This document shows positions 30,746-40,953 of a stretch of 64,000 bases of DNA, piece by piece. Each line of letters opens with the position of its first letter. The stretch's first letter is position 1. The translations under genes and the position numbers were made by a program. The notes under the pieces are model-generated. The model was not told where the DNA came from. It saw only the letters and a program-made list of their open reading frames with translations, and ran no database searches. Source of the DNA: Meyerozyma guilliermondii (lineage: Eukaryota). The DNA is taken from contig CP128817.1 of assembly GCA_051546255.1 (NCBI GenBank), positions 930,001-994,000 of the forward strand, in the 5' to 3' direction.

Positions 30746-32548
30746 CTACGGCGAATCCGCGGCCAATTCGGGAATAAGCGGTACTTCCAACCTGGCGTCG
30801 TCGGTGTCGAAGAAGGATTGGAAGTTCGAATTGTCCGACTTGTGGGTGTCGGACTTGTTGGATTTTCTGTACTCGTCTCGCAAAACGTACACTAGTGTAA
30901 TCACCATGCTGGCGTCGCGACTGCGCTGCTTGATCTGTTCCTTTAAAACGAAAAATTCCCGTTTTTCAATCGAATACCCCACCACTTGTCCGGTATTTGA
31001 TGTCTCGTAGCAAATGTAGATCCATTGACCATCGGTGGTTCGGTAATAGTACTCGATATCTGAAAATACCACTCCAGCCAATACGTACGAAGGTGGTGCT
31101 TCGCGGCCATCTTGTCCAAAAGTTTTGATTACGTTGTTGGGATTGGTGACATCGAGCTGAGAATATTGCTGGTTGATGTGCTCTAGTTCCTTGTTGAGCA
31201 TAGCCACCTCTTCAGCAGTTTGGGTTTTTATGGCCAGTATATCGTCGACGGTTTCTTCATCATTCTGCTCCTTCAAATAGTTGGTGACTTGTTCAAGAAA
31301 CAGAGGCACTCGCTTTCCCTCAAAAGAGCTCCACAACATGATTTTGTTAGTTACAGAAACTCGTTTTTGGCCCACCTCCAACTTTTGCTGATGCATGTTT
31401 AGCAATTGATCCGAATGCGACTTGGCGTAAATTTGTGGATAAAATTCTTCGTCGATGTCAAGTGGCTGGATCTCATAATGTTCGTCATCACCAAGAAACT
31501 GAACCGTAAGCACATTTCCCGTTTCCTTGAGTCTTATATTGCCCAAATTCTGAAGATCTTGGCTCCAGAAAAGCCCATTCAACGTATCGTAAACCGTAGA
31601 TGCTCTGTACTCCAAATCAACCTCAAACAAGTACATCTTGTTCTGGATGTCTTCCTCCACACTCTCCACTGTCGACTGTAATAAATTCTGCATCGCAACC
31701 GAATCTGAGGCATAGTGAATGAGAGCTTCGTACATTTTTGGCACAAGCTCATCCAGCTCCAAACCATAAGTTCCTCCTTCCGACAAACTTCGAATCACTC
31801 CATGACTGCTGATAAACGCACGGTGACCAAGACCAGATAAATACGCAATCACTCGCCGAAGTTCCAATTCTGGACTAATTTTGTCGTCTCCTTTATACCA
31901 GGTATCACAGTAGGGGCCGAGGTCGGCACCCCAAACCAAGTCCCGAAACCGAGGAAGTTGTGCCAATATCGTAAGCAATGGAACCATGACGTTCTCCCTG
32001 GACCCCACACGATCAATCAAGATCACCGGCGGAGTATCTTTTGACCTTGTCATCATCATCTCCTCGTCGTCATATATAGACGGAGTAGACGGTTCGGAGT
32101 TTTCGTCATCCGAAGCGAGTCTATCCGAACGCATTTGCACATCAAGGTCTTCTGTTCGAGTGTCAGGCAAGCTACTGCTACTACTATTTGATCCTTGAGC
32201 CATTCTTGACTCCTCGTTGAACTGTGGCCGCACTTCGCCATCTCCAGAGTACTCATAATGTTCAAAATGAAGTGGATCCGTCTGATTAGTGTGTGTTTCC
32301 TGTGCCTGGAGCTCTGAAAAGTCCGGAACGTCCATTGGATTGCGAATCTCAACGCTTTCCACGGATTTATGGTTTCGATTTGGTTGATTGAGTGTGTTGT
32401 TGCTGGCACCAATAGGAGGTGAAACCTCGATAGGTTCTTCAAAAAGATACGCAATTGCTGCCTCCATGTCACCATTGGTGGCTTTGAGCGCTTTCTGGGC
32501 CTGCTCGGCCGAAAAGCCCATTTCTGTCAATTTGCTAACACCTTCCAT
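30746..32548 (-). CDS. RUP1: UBA-domain Rsp5/Ubp2 cofactor Rup1-like protein
   Basis: N-terminal UBA (LTEMGF...ALKATNGDMEAAIAYLF) followed by an inactive USP-like region; synteny with SIA1. Confidence 0.72.
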   Translation of the reverse strand: MEGVSKLTEMGFSAEQAQKALKATNGDMEAAIAYLFEEPIEVSPPIGASNNTLNQPNRNHKSVESVEIRNPMDVPDFSELQAQETHTNQTDPLHFEHYEYSGDGEVRPQFNEESRMAQGSNSSSSSLPDTRTEDLDVQMRSDRLASDDENSEPSTPSIYDDEEMMMTRSKDTPPVILIDRVGSRENVMVPLLTILAQLPRFRDLVWGADLGPYCDTWYKGDDKISPELELRRVIAYLSGLGHRAFISSHGVIRSLSEGGTYGLELDELVPKMYEALIHYASDSVAMQNLLQSTVESVEEDIQNKMYLFEVDLEYRASTVYDTLNGLFWSQDLQNLGNIRLKETGNVLTVQFLGDDEHYEIQPLDIDEEFYPQIYAKSHSDQLLNMHQQKLEVGQKRVSVTNKIMLWSSFEGKRVPLFLEQVTNYLKEQNDEETVDDILAIKTQTAEEVAMLNKELEHINQQYSQLDVTNPNNVIKTFGQDGREAPPSYVLAGVVFSDIEYYYRTTDGQWIYICYETSNTGQVVGYSIEKREFFVLKEQIKQRSRDASMVITLVYVLRDEYRKSNKSDTHKSDNSNFQSFFDTDDARLEVPLIPELAADSP

Positions 32549-32936
32549 GGTGACTAGTTGCAAATCGGTTGTGAGATATTTGGCTTTTATGCAGGATGTG
32601 GACTTTTACATAGAAGAAGAACAAATGAAGACAAAGATACTATTCATTGGTTTGAAAGGTGGTTTGTGAGAGGGTAATGATGAACGGCAAAGCAGAGGTG
32701 ATTAAGTCTATTGCGTCGAGGGAATTTTTGTTTTTGAAGTACATGAACTTTTGCTTCATTTTCACGATTGTGAATTAACATTAACTAGTATTGAGTTAAA
32801 TTATTGGATTTATATATTCTATCCACTTTGTAGCTTCTCTACTTCCTCTTCCCTTGTGCTTATCCCATCCAGCTATCCTTGACTCATCCATCGCACCCAG
32901 ACCCCAATTTAGCACCGCGCACCAAATTTTTCGTTG

Positions 32937-34835
32937 ATGCTAAAGTGCCTAGCACATCTACAGACCCGTCATTTTGCACCTCACAGCATCCTAGCTAAAC
33001 GACTGATCCGCAATATGGCTTCCAACACTGTAGGCACCATCACATCCAGCTTGTCCAAGCTTGGAATTGAACCTCCGGCCGCTGAACCAGCTTCTTTTCC
33101 AGAAGCCAATGCCGTCGATTTAATGAGAAATTACATTACTGACGAGTTACACAGACTCTCTAGCATCGACAAGTCGATTATTTATCCTGCCTTGGACACA
33201 CCCTCCACTTTGGACAAGGGAGATTTGATTGTTCCACTTCCTCGGTTGAGACTCAAGGGAGTAAATCCTAAAGAAAAGGCTGTTGAATGGGCTGCTGCTT
33301 TCGAGAAGGGTAAACTTTTGAGTGAAGTAAAAGCTGAAGGACCATTCTTGCAATTTTTCTTCAGCACCTCTGTGCTTTTCAATGTGGTTATTAAGGACAG
33401 TTTGACCAGAACCACCGAATACGGTGCGTTGCCTCTTGGTAAAGGAAAGAAGGTTGTCATTGAGTTCTCGTCACCAAACATTGCCAAACCATTCCATGCC
33501 GGTCACTTGCGTTCCACCATCATTGGTGGTTTCTTATCTAAGTTGTACGAGAAAGAAGGCTGGGAAGTAAGCAAATTGAACTACTTGGGAGACTGGGGTA
33601 AGCAGTTTGGATTGTTAGCCATTGGTTTCCAGCGTTATGGTTCTGAAGAAGAATTGGTGAAGAACCCAATCAACCATTTGTTCGAAGTTTACGTGCGTAT
33701 CAACCAAGATGTGGCTGCTGAGGGACCCGATGCCGTTGGTGGTGTCAACGACCAGGCAAAGCATTACTTCAAGCGCATGGAAGACGGTGACGAAGAAGCA
33801 TTGGTGTTGTGGAGAAGATTCAGAGACTACTCTATCGAAAAGTACATCGACACCTATGCTCGTCTTAACATTGTTTATGACAAGTACGCTGGAGAGTCTT
33901 TGGTTTCCAAGCAAAAGATGAAGGAAGTGGTACAAATCTTCAATGAAAAGGGCTTGATACACGAAGATAAAGGTGCCAAGTTGATCGACTTGACCAAATT
34001 CAACAAAAAATTGGGTAAGACTTTGGTGGAAAAATCCGATGGTACATCCATCTACTTGACTCGTGATGTTGGTGAAGCCATTGCACGGTACGAGACCTAC
34101 AAATTCGACAAGATGATTTACGTTATTGCGTCGCAACAAGACTTGCATACTGCTCAGTTCTTTGAGATTTTGAAGCAGATGGGTTTCGAATGGGCCAACA
34201 GATTAGAGCATGTCAACTTTGGTATGGTGCTTGGTATGTCCACCAGAAAGGGAACGGTGGTGTTTTTGGACAATATTTTGGAGGAAACCAAGGAAAAGAT
34301 GCATGAGGTGATGAAGAAGAATGAGGACAAATATGCTCAAATTGAAGATCCTGAAAAGGTGGCCGACTTGGTTGGTATCTCTGCGGTGATGATCCAAGAT
34401 ATGCAATCCAAGCGTATCAACAACTACGAGTTCAAGTGGGACAGAATGACATCTTTTGAAGGTGACACTGGTCCTTACTTACAATACGCTCACTCGCGGT
34501 TGAGTTCTGTGCAAAGAAAGAGTGGAATTCCCAATGAAAAATTGACCGAGGCTGATCTTTCACTCTTGACCGAGCCTTGTGCCGGCAACTTGATCAGAAT
34601 CTTGGCTCAATACCCAGATATTTTGAGAAGAGCTATGACTACTCACGAACCATCGACCATAGTCACATACTTGTTCAACTTGACCCATGTCGTTTCTCAA
34701 TGTTACGATATTTTATGGGTGGCAGGTCAAGAGGAGAAATTGGCTACTGCCAGATTGGCTTTGTACGCCAGTGCCAAACAAGTTTTGTACAATGGTATGA
34801 CACTTTTGGGCTTGACTCCGGTGGAGAGAATGTAA
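32937..34835 (+). CDS. RRS1: Arginyl-tRNA synthetase; upstream ATG 32937 adds a mitochondrial-presequence-like segment, second ATG at 33015
   Basis: EFSSPNIAKPFHAGHLRSTIIG (HIGH), GMSTRKG (KMSKS-like), GDTGPYLQYAH, LGLTPVERM. Confidence 0.93.
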   Translation: MLKCLAHLQTRHFAPHSILAKRLIRNMASNTVGTITSSLSKLGIEPPAAEPASFPEANAVDLMRNYITDELHRLSSIDKSIIYPALDTPSTLDKGDLIVPLPRLRLKGVNPKEKAVEWAAAFEKGKLLSEVKAEGPFLQFFFSTSVLFNVVIKDSLTRTTEYGALPLGKGKKVVIEFSSPNIAKPFHAGHLRSTIIGGFLSKLYEKEGWEVSKLNYLGDWGKQFGLLAIGFQRYGSEEELVKNPINHLFEVYVRINQDVAAEGPDAVGGVNDQAKHYFKRMEDGDEEALVLWRRFRDYSIEKYIDTYARLNIVYDKYAGESLVSKQKMKEVVQIFNEKGLIHEDKGAKLIDLTKFNKKLGKTLVEKSDGTSIYLTRDVGEAIARYETYKFDKMIYVIASQQDLHTAQFFEILKQMGFEWANRLEHVNFGMVLGMSTRKGTVVFLDNILEETKEKMHEVMKKNEDKYAQIEDPEKVADLVGISAVMIQDMQSKRINNYEFKWDRMTSFEGDTGPYLQYAHSRLSSVQRKSGIPNEKLTEADLSLLTEPCAGNLIRILAQYPDILRRAMTTHEPSTIVTYLFNLTHVVSQCYDILWVAGQEEKLATARLALYASAKQVLYNGMTLLGLTPVERM

Positions 34836-35046
34836 TAATAGATCAGTTGAATAAACATAAGGCTCTGAAGCACAGGATAAGATGTACTCCCTTTCTTTAC
34901 CACACTTTCTTCACCTTTAAATATTCACCTTTACGTTCCTTCCTTTACCATACTTCGTGAAGTATAGTCCCTCGCTTCGCACCGCTCGCACTCTTTTGCA
35001 CCCATAATTTTTCATTTCGCGCATCAAACCAACTCACTATCACACT

Positions 35047-38000
35047 ATGAGCGTCCCTCCTGATTTCCTGATATCAGGAGAGGATATCGAGGACATGAAG
35101 AAACGAATAAGAAAGTTCAAGCTCTCGCAACTCAAAGATCTTGCCCGAACCATGCTTTTAAGAATCGCAGGCAAGAAAGCTGACTTGATAGAACGCATTG
35201 AAGAACACATTGAAAACGGAGTTCGCTACGATGACAAGATAAAACTTCTTGTTATAGGGGTAATAATCAAGAAAATACTATTACATGAGTCCATCCCGAG
35301 TTACACGTCGCTATATAATGCCATTCGGTTTGGGGGTCCTAATGCCAATTTGTTGGCTCAACTTCAACAAGATACTCGAAACATTTCCGCCCGTCCAGAC
35401 TCGGAATCATTGTCAAATATGGCCCCTGTTCCCCAGATGCCGCGGACGAAGAGCTCAGATGCCTCCATTGCATGTATTGATAATGCCATCTACTTTAAGC
35501 CATCTCCATTTTACACTTTGAAGCAGCTTATTCTGGGATCACCCCAAAGAGTATTTCCCTCACAAGGACGCATGATGTGCCGCTTAAACTTTGTTTTGAG
35601 TGATGAGGATAATCGAATTTTCCGCTCGAAACCTGGCAAAATGCAAGTTTTTTTACTTTGCGGAGCATTCAAGCTTGATGATCCAGTAACTCATTCGGCG
35701 GATATTGAATGGCCTATTCCTCAAGAGATATATGTGAATGGAGCACAACTAAGGGAAAATGTCAAGGGGATCAAAGGCAAACCAGGAACCGCTCGTCCAG
35801 CTAATATCACCAAGTTCATCAGCCGCACACCTGCCTTAAATAAGATCGAGATGGTTTACGCTGGAACCAAACAATATTATCTTCTTTATTGCTTCATCGC
35901 AGAAACCCGGTCGAGTCAAGAAGTTGCTGACGAAATCTTTCGTGGTCAGCATATTCACTTGCTGTCTACAATTGACAAAATCAAAGAGGAATACACTCAT
36001 GGTGATGACGACCTAGAGGTGGCTACCTCATCATTATCTCTAAAATGTCCATTGACCTATTCCCGCATGAAGTTTCCAGCAAAGTCAATCTACTGTCAGC
36101 ACATACAATGCTTTGACTGTCTATCATTCTTGCAACTCCAGGAACAAATCCCAACTTGGACATGCCCCATTTGTTCAAGAGGAGTTGAGTTGGAAGAGCT
36201 CGCCATATCAGATTACTATCTAGAGATCCTACTGAAGGTTAATGACGAAGTTGAGTCGGTCACTTTGAATCCTGACGGCTCGTGGCTGGCCAATGTCGAA
36301 TCCTCAATGGATGATGAGTCTTCGTCTCCGTCACCAAAACCTAAATCTGCCACTGAAGAAGTTATTGAAATTGTATCAATCGACAGTGAAAGCGAGGACG
36401 AAACTCCACATCCTCCACCACGACCTTTAGTAGAAACGATAGATATCCCTCTGCCTGAGCTGGACTCGGCTACCGTTTCTCATCCACAGACAAGAGAGCA
36501 GTTCACTGCCGAATGGAACCGGAACACTACATCGCTGACTCCCACGGCTTTGAATCCAATAACTGACAAGAGTCAAGTGCAAGTCAATTCAAACCGAGAA
36601 GCTGCTCAGAACAATGTTCAGTTCCAGAACGAGGGTGCTTCCAAACCGCTGGATGTTCAACGAGAGAACAGTGACCCTCGGAATCAGACTTCGCTACAGA
36701 ACCAGACTCCCTCTCTACAGAGACAGGATTCGTCTCGGAATCCAAATTCTTCTCATTTGCAGAATACTCAGTTGCTGATCCAGAATGCGCAACCTACCCA
36801 ACTGGAAGCTTCTCAAGCACAAAACCAAGGTACTCAACGACAGCAGAGTACTCAATTGCAAAATCAAAGTACTCAAGTGCAGACCCGAAGTCCTCAATTG
36901 CAGAATCAAAATCAACGAGTGCAGACTCAAAGTCCTCAATTACCAGTTTATAATCGGCGAGTGCAGGGTTCTCAATTACCAGATCAGAATGCTACTCAAG
37001 GGCAGAGCCAGAGTCCTCGATTGCAAAATCAAGACTTTCACGTTCGGAACCAAAACTCACAATTACCAGTTTTAAATCCACAACTGCAGACCCAGAGACC
37101 TGAATTGCAAAATCAAAATGCTCAAGTTCGGAACCAAAACCCTCACTTACCAGTTCATAATCAAGTAGTGCAGACCCGAAGTCCTCAATTGCAGAATCAA
37201 AAGACTACTCATGGGCAGAGCCAGAGTCCTCAATTACCAGTTCAAACGAGTCCTCAGTTGCAAAATCAGAATACCCAAGTACGGAACCAGAATCATCATT
37301 CACCAGTTCTGAATCCACAAGTGCAGACCCAAAGTCCTCAATTCCCAGCTCAAAATCCACGACTGCAGAACCAGAGTCCTCAATTACCAGTTCATGATCA
37401 ACGAGTGCAGACCCAGGGTCCTCAATTACCCGTTCATAATCAACAAGTGCAGACCCAGAATTCTCAATTACCAGTGCAGAATGCTACTCAAGTGCAGACC
37501 CAGAATCCTCAAGTGCTAGGTCAGAATCCTCAATTGCAAAACCATATTCATCTGCAGACTTTGAGTCTTCAAATGCAACACCAACATGCTAGTCAACTGC
37601 AAAAGCAAAATGCTGTCGCGGTGCAAGGTAGGAATGATGTCCAAGTCCAGACCCAGAATCCTCAGCTCCAAAATCAAAATGTTAGGTTACAGAACCTGAG
37701 TCCTCAATTGCAGACCCAGAGTCCTCAAATGCTACACCAAAATGCTAGTCAATTGCAAAACCAAAATTTTACTCCTGTGCAAGATAGGAATGATGTCCAA
37801 GTCCAGACCCAGAATCCTCAGCTCCAAAATCAAAATGTTAGGTTACAGAACCTGAGTCCTCAATTGCAGACCCAGAGTCCTCAAATGCTACACCAAAATG
37901 CTAGTCAATTGCAAAACCAAAATTTTACTCCTGTGCAAGATAGGAATGTTGCGCAAGTCCAGATCCAGAACTCCCAGCTCCAAAGTCAAAATGTTAGGTT

Positions 38001-39345
38001 GCAGAACCAAGGTCCTCAGCTCCAAAGTCAAAATATGAGACTGCAGAACCAGAGTCCTAATTTGCAAAACCAAAATACTCAACTGCAAAATAGGAATGTT
38101 ACTCATGTGCAGACCCAGAATCCTGAGTTCCAAAGTCAAAACACGACATTGCAGAGTCCTCAATTGCAAAATCCACACACTCAAGTGCAAAATAGAAATG
38201 TTACTTTTGTGCCGAATCCTCAGTTTCAAAGTCACAATTCCCCCTTGCAGACGCAGAACCCTCAAGTACAAGGTCAGAATATCACTCAAAACCGCAGTGC
38301 TACGCAGATTACCCAGAACACTTCTCAAGTTCAAAGAATTGCTCCTCGATTGCCAGGCCTGAGTGTTCAGACCCAGAACACTTCTCACTTTCAAAGGAAT
38401 GATCCTCAATCACCAAGCCAGAATACTCAATTGCAGACCCAAAACTCTTCTCAACCGCAAAAAAATCTTACTCAGTCGCATAACCAAGCTCCCCTAGTTC
38501 AAAACCCAGCTTCCCATTTGCAAAATCTGGACATTGCAAGATTGCAGTCTTCTCTGTCTTTACATAATTTTGTGAATGGAGAAAGAACATCCAACACAGT
38601 TCCAGTACAGAAGCCGTTGCCAGCTATAAACACCTTCCCACTTCCATATGGAAACCAGCAAAATGCCTCTTCGACTCAACAGACAATCAGATCAATGCCT
38701 GAACTGTTGCCAAAACTGAACGGACAGACCACACAAGTTTCCCAGCAAAGTCCCTCGCTATCAAAAGCACCACTTCCTCCTTTAAGAGCAAATTCTGCTA
38801 CCGGTACTTTACCAGGTTTATCCACTTTCTCCTTTGAACCATCCACTCCGCACACTCAAGAACACCTGGATGTTAGGACTGTAGAGCAAAACCTGACGAG
38901 TATGTTTCGGATAAAGCGAGCAATGAATACCCGACAAGAGCAGGTTTCGAATCGCAAAGATCTACAGGAAAGGCATGAACAATTGAGGGCCAATTTTCAG
39001 AATAATTTGAGACAGAACATTGAAACTAATGGAACTTCGAGGCCGACAGAGGTGGTAGCTACCTCTGATTCTGTTCCAGAAACTCCACAGTATCAGAAAC
39101 CAGGCTTGACATATTCTCGTTCAGCATTCGATCTTCTCGCCGCTAGCCGAGAGGATTCACGACCTCTACCAAAGAAGACCAAAACCATAAATGGACAGAG
39201 CCCCATCGGAACAAATTTATCACCGCTAAATGGTCAGATTGAGGACTTTACCCTTCAGACTCCTCAGCTGAACCAACCGCCGGTAGAGCGTACATGGAAT
39301 AAACGGCTCCACAGTGAAGAGAGATCGCCTTCTCCAACCAAATAA
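35047..39345 (+). CDS. SIZ1: SUMO E3 ligase (SAP, PINIT, SP-RING) with a large Q/N-rich repeat insertion
   Basis: SAP-like N-terminus, PANIT, SLKCPLT...CQHIQCFD...WTCPIC, SIM-like VIEIVSIDSESEDE. Confidence 0.88.
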   Translation: MSVPPDFLISGEDIEDMKKRIRKFKLSQLKDLARTMLLRIAGKKADLIERIEEHIENGVRYDDKIKLLVIGVIIKKILLHESIPSYTSLYNAIRFGGPNANLLAQLQQDTRNISARPDSESLSNMAPVPQMPRTKSSDASIACIDNAIYFKPSPFYTLKQLILGSPQRVFPSQGRMMCRLNFVLSDEDNRIFRSKPGKMQVFLLCGAFKLDDPVTHSADIEWPIPQEIYVNGAQLRENVKGIKGKPGTARPANITKFISRTPALNKIEMVYAGTKQYYLLYCFIAETRSSQEVADEIFRGQHIHLLSTIDKIKEEYTHGDDDLEVATSSLSLKCPLTYSRMKFPAKSIYCQHIQCFDCLSFLQLQEQIPTWTCPICSRGVELEELAISDYYLEILLKVNDEVESVTLNPDGSWLANVESSMDDESSSPSPKPKSATEEVIEIVSIDSESEDETPHPPPRPLVETIDIPLPELDSATVSHPQTREQFTAEWNRNTTSLTPTALNPITDKSQVQVNSNREAAQNNVQFQNEGASKPLDVQRENSDPRNQTSLQNQTPSLQRQDSSRNPNSSHLQNTQLLIQNAQPTQLEASQAQNQGTQRQQSTQLQNQSTQVQTRSPQLQNQNQRVQTQSPQLPVYNRRVQGSQLPDQNATQGQSQSPRLQNQDFHVRNQNSQLPVLNPQLQTQRPELQNQNAQVRNQNPHLPVHNQVVQTRSPQLQNQKTTHGQSQSPQLPVQTSPQLQNQNTQVRNQNHHSPVLNPQVQTQSPQFPAQNPRLQNQSPQLPVHDQRVQTQGPQLPVHNQQVQTQNSQLPVQNATQVQTQNPQVLGQNPQLQNHIHLQTLSLQMQHQHASQLQKQNAVAVQGRNDVQVQTQNPQLQNQNVRLQNLSPQLQTQSPQMLHQNASQLQNQNFTPVQDRNDVQVQTQNPQLQNQNVRLQNLSPQLQTQSPQMLHQNASQLQNQNFTPVQDRNVAQVQIQNSQLQSQNVRLQNQGPQLQSQNMRLQNQSPNLQNQNTQLQNRNVTHVQTQNPEFQSQNTTLQSPQLQNPHTQVQNRNVTFVPNPQFQSHNSPLQTQNPQVQGQNITQNRSATQITQNTSQVQRIAPRLPGLSVQTQNTSHFQRNDPQSPSQNTQLQTQNSSQPQKNLTQSHNQAPLVQNPASHLQNLDIARLQSSLSLHNFVNGERTSNTVPVQKPLPAINTFPLPYGNQQNASSTQQTIRSMPELLPKLNGQTTQVSQQSPSLSKAPLPPLRANSATGTLPGLSTFSFEPSTPHTQEHLDVRTVEQNLTSMFRIKRAMNTRQEQVSNRKDLQERHEQLRANFQNNLRQNIETNGTSRPTEVVATSDSVPETPQYQKPGLTYSRSAFDLLAASREDSRPLPKKTKTINGQSPIGTNLSPLNGQIEDFTLQTPQLNQPPVERTWNKRLHSEERSPSPTK
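36780..38450 (+). repeat. Intragenic Q/N-rich degenerate tandem repeat, including an exact 156-bp duplication (37629-37784 / 37785-37940)
   Basis: Recurrent QTQSPQL/QNQNPQL units; taggaatg recurs at 37629, 37785 and 37941. Confidence 0.9.
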
Positions 39346-39409
39346 AGCCAAAATAATGCTAGAATATCATTATTCAATGTACGTATATAATACAGTAGGG
39401 AACTTAATT

Positions 39410-39931
39410 TTAAACCGGCGTAGGACCCAAGTAATCTTCCTTTATACTTCCTATCGCATATATCTCATTCACGTCCATTCTCGTACCCACAATCTTGAGT
39501 CTTACTCTAGACCCCTTTTCGATATTTTCATCGGGACTGACGTATGCTGGTGGGTTTGCTGATGGATTGAATTTCATATCGGAAGGAATCAAATGGGTAC
39601 TTACAAACACCGAAAGTGGGCCAACATCGGCAAAAAACCCCATTTTGTTGACTGTGGTCACCACAGCATCTACAACCTCTCCTTTAAACGGTTTCCATAC
39701 CACGGCGCGATATTTAACTTCAAACTCAGCCATTCCACTTCCTGGTATGATTTTTCCCTTGCCCACATCGATGTTCATGCAATCCAAAACGCAAACTATG
39801 TAACCAAACTGCCCAGTACAAGTTCCTTCGACGTCACTGAGGAGTTTGGACCGTAAATACAGGTCCATTTGAGGACCAAAATACGACGGGTGCAACGTCA
39901 AGTTGAGCGACAAGTCTTTTAAGAAAAACAT
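39410..39931 (-). CDS. RPB7: RNA polymerase II subunit Rpb7
   Basis: [20 protein letters not shown]...[11 protein letters not shown]. Confidence 0.97.
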   Translation of the reverse strand: MFFLKDLSLNLTLHPSYFGPQMDLYLRSKLLSDVEGTCTGQFGYIVCVLDCMNIDVGKGKIIPGSGMAEFEVKYRAVVWKPFKGEVVDAVVTTVNKMGFFADVGPLSVFVSTHLIPSDMKFNPSANPPAYVSPDENIEKGSRVRLKIVGTRMDVNEIYAIGSIKEDYLGPTPV

Positions 39932-40165
39932 GGCGACTTGTCAATGCCGGTTTCGTACTCTGCCAAGGTTTCTCGAGGTATACGAGGCCGGATGGCTGTG
40001 TATTATTAGTAAATTTCGAGATCCTAGAAACGACCGGTGAAGGCTAAACTGGATGTTGAAAAGTCGAATCGCGCGACATTCTTTCCTGGTGCCCAAGTGC
40101 AGGATCGCGCACCTCGAAATCTCACCAGAAAAAAACCTTTGTGCTCGAAGGTTCATTTATACGTC

Positions 40166-40690
40166 ATGTCACAGCGGCTCGGAAACTCGGTTGCGGCTCT
40201 CACGAGGGTATGGCACCACGTAGACATGGCTGCAGATCCCAGAACTCTCGGACGCTTGGCGCTGAGCATTGCCATCACTCTACAAGGCAAACACAAACCG
40301 ACATTTTCACCCAATCGGGACCATGGAGATTACGTTGTGGTGACTAATTGTGCCCATTTAAAGGTTAGTGGACGCAAAATGCAAGACAAATTATACTGGT
40401 CGCACAATACGAGGCCGGGATCGTTGAAATTGGTGCCAATGGAGAGGATGATCGCGAATAAAGGCTACAGTGAAATCGTAAGACGAGCTGTAAAGAATAT
40501 GATACCTAAGAATAAGTTACGACTCATTAGAATGGACCGCCTCAAGCTCTTTGATGGAGACGAACACCCATACAAGGATAATTTGATTGCATATGCCGAT
40601 GAGGTTCCTGAGATGAAGAAGAAGTTGGCCGACTTGAATCGTAGAGAAGCAAAGTTGGCTGAGATGCGGAAGAAGTATTTGGAGAATTAG
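40166..40690 (+). CDS. MRPL23: Mitochondrial ribosomal protein uL13m
   Basis: RVWHHVD, LGRLA, LQGKHKP, DHGDYVVVTN. ATG at 40166. Confidence 0.92.
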   Translation: MSQRLGNSVAALTRVWHHVDMAADPRTLGRLALSIAITLQGKHKPTFSPNRDHGDYVVVTNCAHLKVSGRKMQDKLYWSHNTRPGSLKLVPMERMIANKGYSEIVRRAVKNMIPKNKLRLIRMDRLKLFDGDEHPYKDNLIAYADEVPEMKKKLADLNRREAKLAEMRKKYLEN

Positions 40691-40953
40691 CTTGTATATA
40701 ATGTCCTATAGTGTATGTAGTTGAAGAGGATAAGATTTAGAGTTGAAGTTGAGGGTTTGTAGAGAATTCGCAATGTTGAAGAATTGCAGAATTGAAGAAT
40801 TTGACAGAAATGCAGAATTTCATAGTTACAAATTTGTCAATGTACAATAATTTAGACCCCATTCTACTTCTCAAATCAGATGCTGAAACCTAGTTTCTCT
40901 CTCTTTTAATCACAAAATCAACTTACAGTATTCATAATGTACAGTTTATTATT

